Part shown: one piece after another, positions 54,524 to 64,000 of the stretch | Layout of the letters: every line of letters begins with the position of its first letter | How positions within the stretch are numbered: position 1 is the first letter of the stretch | Assembly: GCA_963749495.1 (NCBI GenBank) | Contig: CAVVMW010000021.1 | Location: 480,001-544,000, forward strand | Origin: an uncultured bacterium | Lineage (GTDB): Bacteria; Verrucomicrobiota; Verrucomicrobiia; Limisphaerales; UBA8199 | Length of the DNA: 64,000 nt | Direction of reading: 5' to 3' | Translations under genes and position numbers: made by a program | Notes under the pieces: model-generated | Told to the model about the DNA's origin: nothing | The model's input: the letters and a program-made list of their open reading frames with translations, nothing else | Databases searched by the model: none

Positions 54524-54836
54524 AAATGTATAGATATGACCCCGATTTTCCGACTAACGCGCTTTGGGAAACGGCTGGAGCGGCACCCCGAGCTGCGCCA
54601 GCAAATGACGCGCCTCCAGAACGCATTGTAAAAATGTATAGATATGACCCCGATTTTCCGATTTCATTTTCTGTTCTTGACCGATTTTCCGATTTTCTGT
54701 GACCCCGATTTTCCGATTTTCTGTTCCAGCAAATGACGCGCCTCCAGAACGCATTGTAAAAATGTATAGATATGACCCCGATTTTCTTGACCGATTTTCT
54801 GTTCCGTGACCCCGATTTTCTGTTCCGATTTTCTGT
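54516..54836 (-). repeat. Ladder of reiterated transposon right ends
   Basis: CATTGTAAAAATGTATAGATATGACCCCGATTTT at 54516, 54624 and 54752 with shrinking lengths of gene 3' end, plus CCGATTTTC stutters. Confidence 0.88.
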
Positions 54837-54997
54837 TGAAGTAGGAAACGAAAAGAAAAGGGGTCAAATGAGAATGTACTATTTCATTGGCGGGCAAATG
54901 AAGGGCTCAATCCGTAACTTTTCATGTCGGCGGCGTTTGACGAAGGCGTCGAGGTCGCACCCAAGCGTTTGACAATCGCGGTTGACATTGTGTTGTC

Positions 54998-55141
54998 AAC
55001 TCGCCCCTGGTCGGCCAGATTGTCTTCGTTCTGAACGGCGTGACGCGCATGACGACGACCAAACAGTACGACTACCTGAACCGGCTGACCCAAATCTCGA
55101 CTGCCGACAGTGGACAGGGGACTGTGGACTCGCACGCTTAC
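54998..55141 (+). pseudogene. RHS/YD-repeat fragment
   Basis: NSPLVGQIVFVLNGVTRMTTTKQYDYLNRLTQIS. Confidence 0.65.
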
Positions 55142-55428
55142 GCACAAATCGGGGTCACATCTATACTTTTTTTACGATGTGTGTCCGGCTCACCAAATAC
55201 TCCGCATGGACATCCGAGGGACCGGTAAATCGGGGTCACATCTATACTTTTTTACAAGGGGCCGGTAAATCGGGGGCCGGTAAATCGGGGGCGGCAAATC
55301 GGGGTGACATCTATACTTTTTTACAATGTGAGTCACGGTCGCCAAATGCTCCGCAACAGTCCCGGATTTTCGCAGGTTCCCGGTTTCTGATTCCAGGGGG
55401 CCAGCATCCGCGGCGACCCGAAGGCTGG

Positions 55429-55500
55429 AGTTTCACGGACCGTTACGACGCCCTGAACCGGCCCAAAAAGATGGTGTACGCGGCGGGCACGACGTCGTAT
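55429..55500 (+). pseudogene. Second RHS/YD-repeat fragment
   Basis: SFTDRYDALNRPKKMVYAAGTTSY. Confidence 0.5.
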
Positions 55501-56057
55501 GTGCATTCGGTCCTTCGTTTTCTTCGTTTCCTCCTGTTCTTTTCCTCCGTGTAACCGGCTGGGCGCCGGAAAAGAACAGAAGGAAACGGAAAAAACGAAG
55601 AGGTGGCCCGATGCGGCGGCACTCGACAACCTCGCCCTGGCTCGTTTCAGTACACCTTCCGGTGGCGGGGTCAGCCCTAGAAAAATGACGGTTGCGGCGT
55701 TTACTGACCCCTCCCAAGGGCGCGGCAGAGAAGGCGGCCTTGGCATGGTGGGTGCGGGAGCGCACGACCGTGCCGGGACGCTGGGTGAGCGAGCGCCTGG
55801 ACATGGGGCACTAAAGCCGGGTGGCACAGGCGGTGAGCCGGATGCTTCGGCGGCCCGGCCGCAAGCTGGAGAATCTCCGGCACAAGTTGGCCCAAGCCTT
55901 GAACTGCGAAAACTAAAGTCCACTCCACTCCACCACTCTCTGACTCCACGACGAGGCCGCCATCTCGACAATTCCGAGGTTAGCCTCGTCCTCGAGGGGA
56001 CCGGGCCGTGGGACTCCCGGCCCCGTTCGGCCATGCAGAGAGCCCCGCTTGCCTGAA

Positions 56058-56348
56058 TCACTCGTCCCACAACGCCTCCATGTCGCCCAAAGGGCGGCTG
56101 AAGGCGGCCTGTGCCGGCTTAACCACAAGCAGGTTTGCGGTGTGCTTGACACTCTTGGTGGCGGCTGCGAAGGGCAGACTCAGCACAAAAAAGACCGAGC
56201 CAATCGCGGTCGCGGCCACGCAAACCGGACGCGCCACAACCGCATCGAGAGCGACATAGACCGCCCCGCCATCAGAAGCAGAGGGCGAACCGGCGGTGCT
56301 CAGGGCAAGCGCCACCACACAGAATGCAGTTAGAACCTTTGTTTTCAT
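56058..56348 (-). CDS. Small exported/membrane hypothetical protein
   Basis: Signal peptide; DAVVARP...SLPF...LVVKP..FSRPLG. Confidence 0.75.
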   Translation of the reverse strand: MKTKVLTAFCVVALALSTAGSPSASDGGAVYVALDAVVARPVCVAATAIGSVFFVLSLPFAAATKSVKHTANLLVVKPAQAAFSRPLGDMEALWDE

Positions 56349-56522
56349 GCTCTCAGAAGGATCGACTGGGTTCGGGATTCTGTCGAACAAAATCTCGGCC
56401 CAGTTTCATCACCTTTGTCAACTTGCTTGTTTTTGCAGGGAAGGCGCTGGCAGGGTTGAGGGCGCGGAGCAAGGGACGGCGTTTGGGCATTTTCGTCATT
56501 CGTCATTCGTCATTCGTCATTG

Positions 56523-57794
56523 TCATTCGCCCCCCTTGCGCCGCTGGTGCAAGACCCCTCCGCCGTGTCTCTGCACCAGGACGCGGAAAGGCCGTCCGAG
56601 AAGCTGCGGATGTGTGAGGGTACGGAACTCGCGGGAGCAGCGCGGGGTCCATGGGTCGAAATCGGTTTGAGCTTGCCAAATCCGGGCGGCGATCCGGGTG
56701 AGAAACTCTTCCTGGGTCAGGAGGGCCTCGGTTTGCAGGCCCGCCGCTTCGCCTGCAGCGCGGATGGCGGAGAAATCCACGTGGGCAGTGATGTCCTGGG
56801 TGCCCGGATGGGCCAGGACGTCGCCGCTCTGGCGGTGGCGGGCATAGGCGCGGAGGGTGCCTTCAGGGCGCTCCGGCGCGAAGAACTGTTCCGTGCTCAG
56901 GCCGTAGTCAATCGTCACCAACCACCCTTGGGCGAGCACCTGGGCCGCCTCCCGCCACCAGGCCCGCGCCGCCAGGCCAACCTCGATGGTGAATCCATCC
57001 GGCAGGACGGCCAGCAACGCCTCCGGGCAGTCGAGGGGCGAGGGGCGAGGGGCGAGGGAGGGACCTGCGGAGTTGGGCGCCATCTCCGTCCACGCGAAGC
57101 TCCCACCTTCGACGGTCACGCCCAGTTCGACCCAGGCCCGCTCCCGGGCCTTCCACCGGAACCGATGGACCGGCATGGCATCGAGCATTTCGTTCGAAAA
57201 GAGAATGCCCCGGACTCCGGGCAGTTCAGCCAGCCCGCCGGCCCACCGGACGGTCCCGGAAAACTCAGCCAGCCGGCGTTGCTGCCAGGCGCGTCGCCGT
57301 TCCGAGGGCTCGGCGATGCAGTAGTGGAGGCGGGCAAGGAGCGCCGGCCGGCGGCGGCGCAACCAGCCCAGGATGTCTGCCGCCAGGCGCCCATCATGCG
57401 CCCCGGCCTCGACGATGGTCGCAGTGTCGAGCCCGGCCACATCCGGACACTGTGGACGGGCGGGGGCGCGGGCATTCTTGTCCGCATCGGGCGCCCCTGC
57501 GGGGCCGGCGGACGGGATTGTCCGCGCTCCGGTTGCCGCGCCAGGCCTGCGAGTGGGGGTCTGGGAGCCATCCATCCCTCCAAGCCAGTCGGCAAACTGC
57601 GCGGCCAGCAGTTGCCCGAAGAGGCTGCCGACACTGACGCTGGTGTAGAAATCCCCGCCCCGGCCCAGGATGTCTTGTTCTCTTTCATAATATCCATAAA
57701 CAGGACAATAGAGGGCCAGCTCCATGAAGCGGGCGAAGGAGATAACCCCGTGGGAGCGGATTTCGCCCGCGATTATCTCGGCAAGTTCGTTCAC
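56523..57794 (-). CDS. SAM-dependent methyltransferase (MidA/NDUFAF7, DUF185)
   Basis: FARFMELALY, GGDFYTS, EAGAHDG, NEMLDAMP, IDYG, QDITAHVDF. Confidence 0.88.
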   Translation of the reverse strand: MNELAEIIAGEIRSHGVISFARFMELALYCPVYGYYEREQDILGRGGDFYTSVSVGSLFGQLLAAQFADWLGGMDGSQTPTRRPGAATGARTIPSAGPAGAPDADKNARAPARPQCPDVAGLDTATIVEAGAHDGRLAADILGWLRRRRPALLARLHYCIAEPSERRRAWQQRRLAEFSGTVRWAGGLAELPGVRGILFSNEMLDAMPVHRFRWKARERAWVELGVTVEGGSFAWTEMAPNSAGPSLAPRPSPLDCPEALLAVLPDGFTIEVGLAARAWWREAAQVLAQGWLVTIDYGLSTEQFFAPERPEGTLRAYARHRQSGDVLAHPGTQDITAHVDFSAIRAAGEAAGLQTEALLTQEEFLTRIAARIWQAQTDFDPWTPRCSREFRTLTHPQLLGRPFRVLVQRHGGGVLHQRRKGGE

Positions 57795-57839
57795 GGCCTG
57801 GAGATTGCTGTGTTTGGAATGGCGGTTGCACCGGCATAT

Positions 57840-58934
57840 ATGGCAAAGATCGATGCATTCTTCAACCTCATGTTCGAGCAAAAGGCCTCGGACCTGCACC
57901 TGTCCTCGGGCAACCACCCGATGCTGCGCATCAACGGCGAACTGCACCGGGTGGACCATCCGCTGCTGGACAACGATGAACTCAAGAAGATGCTCTATGA
58001 GATCGCGCCCGAGTACAAGACCAAGGTTTTCGAAGAGACCGGGGACGTGGACTTCGGCTACGAGATATCGAACCTCTGCCGGTTCCGTGTCAATTTCTTC
58101 AACCAGAAGAACGGCGTTGCGGCGGCGTTCCGGCAGATTCCCACCCGGGTGCTCTCGTTCGAGGATTTCGAGAAGGTGGAGGCCCCGTTGCCGGCGGTGC
58201 TCAAGAAATTCGCGATGCTCAGCCGGGGCCTGGTCGTGGTGACGGGCCCGGCCGGGTCCGGCAAGTCCACGACCCTGGCCGCCATGGTGGATTACGCGAA
58301 CAAGAACCGGCGCGACCATATCATCACCGTCGAGGACCCCATCGAGTTCGTCCACGAGAGCAAGAACTGCCTGGTCAACCATCGCGAGGTCGGCGTCCAC
58401 ACCAAGTCCTTCGCCGCCGCTCTGCGCGGCGCCTTGCGCGAGAACCCGGACATCATCCTGGTGGGGGAGTTGCGCGACCTGGAGACCATCGAACTGGCCC
58501 TGGTCGCCGCCAGCACCGGCCACCTCGTCCTGGCCACGCTCCATACCCCCAGCGCCGCCAAGACCGTCGACCGCATCATCGATGTCTTCCCCGCCGACCA
58601 GCAGAACAAGGTCCGCGCCACCCTCTCCGAGGCCCTCAAAGGCGTGGTGGCCCAGAACCTTTTCAGGCGCGTCGACAAGAAAGGCCGCGTCGCCGCACTC
58701 GAAATCCTGGTCTTCACCACGGCCATCGCCAACCTCGTTCGCGAGGCCAAGACCCACCAGATCCCGGGCATGATCCAGGTGGGCAAGAGAATCGGCAACC
58801 AACCCCTGGACGATGCCATCATGGAACACCTGCGCATGAAGCGCATCTCCCCCGAGGAGGCCTACGACAAGGCCATGGACAAAAAACGATTCCGGGCCTT
58901 CCTGCCCCATCCCCCGGACGACGAGGAGACTTAG
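57840..58934 (+). CDS. pilT: Type IV pilus retraction ATPase
   Basis: ASDLHL, GPAGSGKST, EDPIE, GELRD, TGHLVLATLH, AIANLVRE. Confidence 0.92.
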   Translation: MAKIDAFFNLMFEQKASDLHLSSGNHPMLRINGELHRVDHPLLDNDELKKMLYEIAPEYKTKVFEETGDVDFGYEISNLCRFRVNFFNQKNGVAAAFRQIPTRVLSFEDFEKVEAPLPAVLKKFAMLSRGLVVVTGPAGSGKSTTLAAMVDYANKNRRDHIITVEDPIEFVHESKNCLVNHREVGVHTKSFAAALRGALRENPDIILVGELRDLETIELALVAASTGHLVLATLHTPSAAKTVDRIIDVFPADQQNKVRATLSEALKGVVAQNLFRRVDKKGRVAALEILVFTTAIANLVREAKTHQIPGMIQVGKRIGNQPLDDAIMEHLRMKRISPEEAYDKAMDKKRFRAFLPHPPDDEET

Positions 58935-58959
58935 TGGTCATGAACACTTAGGAACCCCT

Positions 58960-60166
58960 ATGCGCCGGCCTGAACTGGATTATCTGCTGACGACGATGCT
59001 GGAGTCGCAGCCCGAGGTGTCGGACCTGCTCTTCACCGTCGATCGGCCCCTGCAAGTCGAATCGCTGGGCGAACTCAAACGGGTCAACAGCAACCCGCCG
59101 ATCCAGCGGCTGACCCCGTTTCAGACCGAGACCATCGCGCTGAACCTCATGGGGGACAACCCCTGGCACATTGCCGACCTGCTGCGGCACGGCTCCTGCG
59201 ACATCTCCTACACCTTGAGCGGCAAGGCCCGGTTCCGCATCAACATCTTCTCCCAGCGGGGCTGTTACTCGGTGGTCCTGCGCCAGATCAACACGACCAT
59301 TCCCACCCTGGACTGGCTGCAGTTCCCGGACATCTTCAAGGAAATCCCTCGCGAAAAGACCGGGCTGGTCCTGATCACCGGCGCCACCGGCTCCGGCAAG
59401 TCCACCACCCTGGCCGCCATCCTCGACGAGGTCAATCACACCCGGGCGGTCCACATCGTCACCCTCGAAGACCCCGTCGAGTTCATCCACACTCAGGACA
59501 AGGCCACGTTCAACCAGAGGGAAGCGGGGACCGATTTCGACTCCTTTGCCAGCGGGCTGCGGGCGGCCTTGCGCCAGGCCCCCAAAGTCATCCTCGTGGG
59601 CGAGATGCGCGACCGCGACACCGTCAGAGATCGCCTTGAGCGCGGCCGAGACCGGCCAACTGGTCCTGAGCACTCTCCACACGATCAACGCCGGCCAGAC
59701 CATCAACCGCATCCTGGGCATGTTCGAGACCGATGAGCAGGAGCAACTCCGGGCCCGCCTGGCCGGCGCCTTGCGCTGGGTCGTCAGCCAGCGCCTGGTT
59801 CCCAGGCTCGGCGGCGGCCGCCACGCCCTCCTCGAAATCATGGGCTCCAACCTCCGCACCCAGGAGAGCATCCGCCTCGGCGAATCCGAGGGCAAGAGCT
59901 TCTACGAAATCATCGAGGCCAGCCAGCCCTTCGGCTGGCGCACCTTCGATTCCTCCGCCCTGGAGGCCTATGAGAAGGGCGTTATCGCCGAGGAGACCGC
60001 CCTGCTCTACTGCACCAAGCGCGGCCCCGTCGCGCGCGGCATCAATGCCGTCAAGAAGGCCCGCGGCGAGTCCACCACCGGCGTGCAAGCCCTGCGCATG
60101 AAGGGCAGCGTGGACTCCGCCAAGCTCGGCGGCCCGCCCCTGCCCTTCACCCTCAAAATCAAGTGA
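58960..60166 (+). CDS. PilT/PilU-family ATPase; frameshift near 59625
   Basis: GATGSGKST, EDPVE, GEMRD, then in the next frame AAETGQLVLSTLH. Confidence 0.88.
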
Positions 60167-60173
60167 GCCGCAA

Positions 60174-60665
60174 GTGCACAGCAACACCGAAAAACAGGGA
60201 TTCGATTTCATCAGCGCCACGGATAAGCCCGCCCTGGTGGCCTTCTCCACCCCCTCCTGGCTGGAGGCCGCCCGGAGCGCCCTCACCGAACTGGGCTACA
60301 AGGTCCATACCGCCGCCACTCACACCGATTTCCTGGCCCGCTTCAGCCAGATCCGTTACCAGGTGGTCATCCTCGAAGAGCGATTCGTCGCCAATGACAT
60401 CAGCGAAAACCTGACCTTGGAGGCCCTCCAGAACATGTCGATAGGGCAGCGCCGCCACGCCACCGTCATCCTGCTCGGTGACTCCTTCCAGACCTTCACT
60501 CCCATGGAGGCCTTCCAGCAGAGCGTCCATGTCGTCATCAACAGTTCCGAACTCTTCCTCCTGGGCCAACTCATCGAGAAGGCGGTCGCCGAAAACGACC
60601 TCTTCCTCCACGGCTTCAACCAGGCCCTGGCCCGAACCTACGCGGGCGACGGCGCCGAGAGTTAG
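60174..60665 (+). CDS. Hypothetical protein (receiver-like fold possible)
   Basis: 163-aa ORF following the pilT pair. Confidence 0.65.
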   Translation: MHSNTEKQGFDFISATDKPALVAFSTPSWLEAARSALTELGYKVHTAATHTDFLARFSQIRYQVVILEERFVANDISENLTLEALQNMSIGQRRHATVILLGDSFQTFTPMEAFQQSVHVVINSSELFLLGQLIEKAVAENDLFLHGFNQALARTYAGDGAES

Positions 60666-60739
60666 GACGCGTATCCCGAAGGGATCGGAATCACTCAGCC
60701 CTTCGGGCTACCGAGTTGGTGCCCCTCGGCTCTCTCTCC

Positions 60740-61147
60740 TCAATCTGTTGCACGCCCTGGCCCGGGGGTGCCCGGGTTCTCGGTGACCTGGTCGATCGCC
60801 CGGCGCATATCCTCGAGCAGAAACGGCTTGCCCATCACGTAATCGACCCCCGTCAAGGGACGGTCTTCCATCGCCAGGGCCTCCCCGTACGCGGTAACCA
60901 GGACGACAGCCTGACCCGGGTCCTGGGCCTTGATCGCCGCCGCCAACTCGTCGCCTCTCATGAATGGCATCGAGAAATCCGTCATGACGATGTTGAACCT
61001 CCCCTTCTCATAAAGGGCCAGAGCTTCCTTGCCGTTCCTGGCTACCTCGGCAAGGTGCCCGTCGAAGGCCAGCATCATCTTCATCGCATCGCAGACGAAC
61101 GGTTCGTCATCCACGATCAGGATCCGGCGTTTCTGAATTGCAGACAC
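60740..61147 (-). CDS. Single-domain response regulator
   Basis: ILIVDDE, MTDFSMP, VTAY, KPF. Confidence 0.9.
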   Translation of the reverse strand: MSAIQKRRILIVDDEPFVCDAMKMMLAFDGHLAEVARNGKEALALYEKGRFNIVMTDFSMPFMRGDELAAAIKAQDPGQAVVLVTAYGEALAMEDRPLTGVDYVMGKPFLLEDMRRAIDQVTENPGTPGPGRATD

Positions 61148-61271
61148 AAGGCGCTCCCAGATGATTGTTCAACGGTGCCAGTCGCATGAGTTTGTTCACC
61201 TCCGCCCGGCAAAGTCAACGGTAAATCCCAGGCGTGCTTGTCCTGCGGGGCATTTTGGAGAAGACTGAGAC

Positions 61272-63194
61272 GTGCAGCGAGAGATACCCAGCGGGATTGC
61301 CCCGGCGTTTGCGGCGCGGAACAACCAGCCACGCGGCGGCGGCACGACCGCAGGCGCAGGGCCCGGCCAGGGCCCGCCCGAGCACGGCAGGGATGGCGTT
61401 GACCCGACGTTCGCCGCCAAGGCGCGCTCGACCTGGGAGGTGGCTCGGCGCGTGGGCCGGTATTTGCGGCCTTACAAGCTCCTGGCGGCGGGCACGATCG
61501 GCTGCGCCCTCTTCTCGATGGGCTTTGCGCTGGCCTATCCCAAGCTGGCGCAGTTCGTGATCGACAACGTGATTCGGGCCAAGCAGCCGGAGTTGCTGAC
61601 GCCGATGATGCTGGCGCTGCTGGGGGCGTTCCTGCTGCGGGACCTCTTCAACGGGTTGCGCATCCGCGTCAACAACACCTTCGAACAACATGTGATCTAC
61701 GACATGCGTCGGGACGTGTTTGCCCGGCTGCAGCGGCTGCCGGTGGGCTATTTCGATCAGCGCGCCTCCGGCAACCTGATGACGCGCGTGGTCGAGGACG
61801 TCAACTCGGTCGAGCGGGTTTTGATCGACGGCACCGAGCAGGGGAGCGTGGCGCTGCTGAGCATCGTCGGGGTCACGGCGATTTTATTGGCCACCAACCC
61901 CGGTCTGGCGCTGGTGGCGATGGTGCCGCTGCCGCTGCTGACGGCGGGGGCGCTGGGCTACACGCTGACCGCGCGGCGGCGCTATCGCGCCCAACGGGAG
62001 GCCTCCAGCGCCCTTAACGCCCTGCTCATGGACAACCTGCAAGGCGTCCGCCAGATCAAGACCTTCGGACGCGAGGCGCACGAAGACGAGCGATTTGCCC
62101 GGCGGGCGGACGATCTGCGGCGGGGCACGCTCGGGATCATGCGGGTCTGGGCGGCCTACTCGCCCACGATGAGCTTTGCCGGGGCCGTGGGGATGGTGCT
62201 GGTGCTGTGGGCGGGCGGCCGGCAGGTGCTCCAGGACCGGATGACGCTGGGCCAACTGGTGGGATTTCTGTTCTACCTAGCCCTGTTCTACGAGCCGATC
62301 GCGCGGCTGCACGGCTTGAACCAGATGCTCCAGGCGGCGCGCGCGGCCGGAGAGCGGGTCTTCGACATCCTCGACGCGCCGGTGGAACGGGCCAACGGCG
62401 CGCCGCGCGGCGCGTTGCGCCAGCCGGTCCGCGGGGAGGTCGTGTACCAGAATGTGAGCTTCGGCTACCAGGCCGGCCGCGCGGCGTTGCGGGAGGTGTC
62501 GCTGCACGCGCGCCCGGGCCAGATGGTGGCCCTGGCCGGACCAACCGGGGCGGGCAAGTCCACCCTGGTGAACCTGCTCCCTGCGTTTTACGAGTTGAGT
62601 TCCGGCCGCATCCTCATCGATGGCCAGGACATCGCCGGGCTCTCGCTCGACTCGTTGCGCGCGCAGATCAGTGTCGTGAGCCAGGAGGCATTCCTCTTCA
62701 ACGGCACCCTCCGCGAGAACATCCTTTACGGACGGCTGGAGGCGAGCGAGTCGGAACTCCTCCAAGCCTCGAAAGTGGCCAATTGCCACGAGTTCATCAC
62801 CTGCCTGCCGCTTGGCTACGACTCGTGCGTCGGCGAGCGCGGCGTCAAGCTGAGCGTGGGCGAAAAACAACGGGTGAGCATCGCGCGCGCCCTGCTCAAG
62901 AACGCGCCGATCCTCATCCTCGATGAAGCGACCGCCAGCGTGGACACCGCGACGGAACGGCTCATCCAGGAGGCGCTCGAGCGGCTCATGGCCAATCGCA
63001 CCAGCTTCGTCATCGCTCACCGCCTGAGCACCATCCGCAAGGCGGACCAGATCCTCGTGCTGCGGCACGGGCGGATCGTCGAGCGCGGCACCCACGCTGG
63101 GCTGCTTGCGCAGGGCGGCCTCTATAGCCGCCTGGCGCGAATCCAGGGGACCCATTTGGCGGAGCAGGCACTCCAGTGGGAGGCGGGGGGGTAG
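61272..63194 (+). CDS. ABC exporter, fused permease-ATPase
   Basis: TM domain; GPTGAGKST, LSVGEKQR, ILDEAT, IAHRLST; start uncertain. Confidence 0.92.
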   Translation: MQREIPSGIAPAFAARNNQPRGGGTTAGAGPGQGPPEHGRDGVDPTFAAKARSTWEVARRVGRYLRPYKLLAAGTIGCALFSMGFALAYPKLAQFVIDNVIRAKQPELLTPMMLALLGAFLLRDLFNGLRIRVNNTFEQHVIYDMRRDVFARLQRLPVGYFDQRASGNLMTRVVEDVNSVERVLIDGTEQGSVALLSIVGVTAILLATNPGLALVAMVPLPLLTAGALGYTLTARRRYRAQREASSALNALLMDNLQGVRQIKTFGREAHEDERFARRADDLRRGTLGIMRVWAAYSPTMSFAGAVGMVLVLWAGGRQVLQDRMTLGQLVGFLFYLALFYEPIARLHGLNQMLQAARAAGERVFDILDAPVERANGAPRGALRQPVRGEVVYQNVSFGYQAGRAALREVSLHARPGQMVALAGPTGAGKSTLVNLLPAFYELSSGRILIDGQDIAGLSLDSLRAQISVVSQEAFLFNGTLRENILYGRLEASESELLQASKVANCHEFITCLPLGYDSCVGERGVKLSVGEKQRVSIARALLKNAPILILDEATASVDTATERLIQEALERLMANRTSFVIAHRLSTIRKADQILVLRHGRIVERGTHAGLLAQGGLYSRLARIQGTHLAEQALQWEAGG

Positions 63195-63226
63195 AGTCCA
63201 CAGTCCACAGTCCACAGTCCACAGTC
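63195..63226. repeat. Heptamer tandem repeat (AGTCCAC)x4
   Basis: Starts immediately after the ABC stop codon. Confidence 0.9.
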
Positions 63227-63272
63227 TGGGCGGGTGCGATCAAAAGCACTGGGCATGCGCCTCGGGAGTTTT

Positions 63273-63392
63273 GTCCCGGAGGGACATCTGACAATAGCCC
63301 GGCGTTTCAACGCCGGGGAGGCCACAAGCGGGACCCTCGTCCCGAAGGGACGACTGAGAACACTCCTGGCTTTCGGCGGTCCCTTCGGGACG
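63273..63392. repeat. REP-like element (GTCCC..GGGAC family), partial
   Basis: GTCCCGGAGGGAC, CCCGGCGTTTCAACGCCGGG, GTCCCGAAGGGAC, GTCCCTTCGGGAC. Confidence 0.7.
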
Positions 63393-63501
63393 GAACTGCT
63401 CCTTGGGGCCGCTCACCCTAAAGGCTGAACAGAGGCGGACGAGGACAGGAGCGCCATGAAATCCGCCTTGAATCCGGCACGACGGCCCGGTACAATAGCA
63501 G

Positions 63502-64000
63502 ATGATGAGCACGTTGCTTGAATTGCCGGCGGTTCGCGAGCGGGTGCGAGGCATCTCGGTCGAGGGCTATCACCGGCTGGGCGAACTGGGGATGCTTTCG
63601 GAAGATGTCGAGTTGTTGCGAGGAATCGTCGTTGCCAAAATGCCTAAATCGCCCCTGCACGAACTGGTCTTGGGAAAACTGATGCGGCTCCTGTTCACGC
63701 AAGTTCCGAATGGTATCGAAGTGCGGCGGGAGGGCCCTTTGACGCTGCGGGATTCTGAGCCGGAACCGGACATTTCGGTGGTGCAGGGCAAGCTGGACGA
63801 TTGGGCGCGAGCGCACCCCTCGACTGCGCGTCTGGTGGTGGAAGTAGCCGTGAGCAGCATGGTTTTGGATGAGAAGAAGGCCGAGATTTACGCGGAGGCC
63901 GGCATTCCGGAGTATTGGCTGATCCGTCCGGAGGAGCGCGCCATTGACGTGTATCGAGAGCCGGCGAGCACCGGTTACCATACCAAGACCACCCTCTCCG
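63502..64000 (+). CDS. Uma2-family endonuclease (runs off the window)
   Basis: ISVEGYHRLGE, VELLRG, SEPEPDISVV, LVVEVA, YAEAGIPEYW; TTGAAT-17-TACAAT promoter 5 nt upstream of ATG. Confidence 0.88.
   Translation, partial: MMSTLLELPAVRERVRGISVEGYHRLGELGMLSEDVELLRGIVVAKMPKSPLHELVLGKLMRLLFTQVPNGIEVRREGPLTLRDSEPEPDISVVQGKLDDWARAHPSTARLVVEVAVSSMVLDEKKAEIYAEAGIPEYWLIRPEERAIDVYREPASTGYHTKTTLS

Noticed and set aside
50486..55330. CRISPR array (33-bp repeat, many copies)
   Set aside because: Spacing is irregular, intervening sequence derives from the element itself, the repeat is the transposon's inverted end, and there are no cas genes.
56520..58934. Two overlapping ~800-aa ORFs on opposite strands
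   Set aside because: Each is a real gene (pilT or the MTase) extended by the antisense frame of the other, which is common at high GC.

Overview
GC-rich bacterial chromosome segment, most likely Verrucomicrobiota (Pedosphaera-like). The lineage is inferred from H-X9-DG prepilin proteins, lamin-tail/CotH and LamG secreted proteins ending in an F-Y/F-R-L tail, DUF1080/HEAT/Gfo-Idh-MocA clusters and many REP-like palindromes. Backbone genes include a GNAT, GH16, DUF885, tRNA-Gly(TCC), grpE-dnaJ-rsmE, an AraC/pilin-like/GH52 glycan locus, a MidA-like methyltransferase, two PilT/PilU ATPases and an ABC exporter. Two accessory regions stand out. (1) A ~10.3 kb satellite-like element (integrase, AlpA-like, primase-AAA helicase) is integrated in tRNA-Gly. 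It is followed by a polar array of toxin-antitoxin cassettes, each closed by a more degenerate copy of the tRNA 3' end and each resembling a collapsed relic of an earlier element of the same family. (2) A ~6 kb block holds two tandem HUH (RAYT-like) transposase genes whose ~33-bp inverted ends are reiterated as nested, end-anchored ladders and junction-spanning stutters. The block also carries RHS fragments and starts exactly at a duplicated 3' end of the neighbouring methyltransferase. The window has several single-base frameshifts and a recurring CGAC->CAAC substitution, which probably reflect long-read errors at a modified motif. All calls were made by eye; no database search was run.
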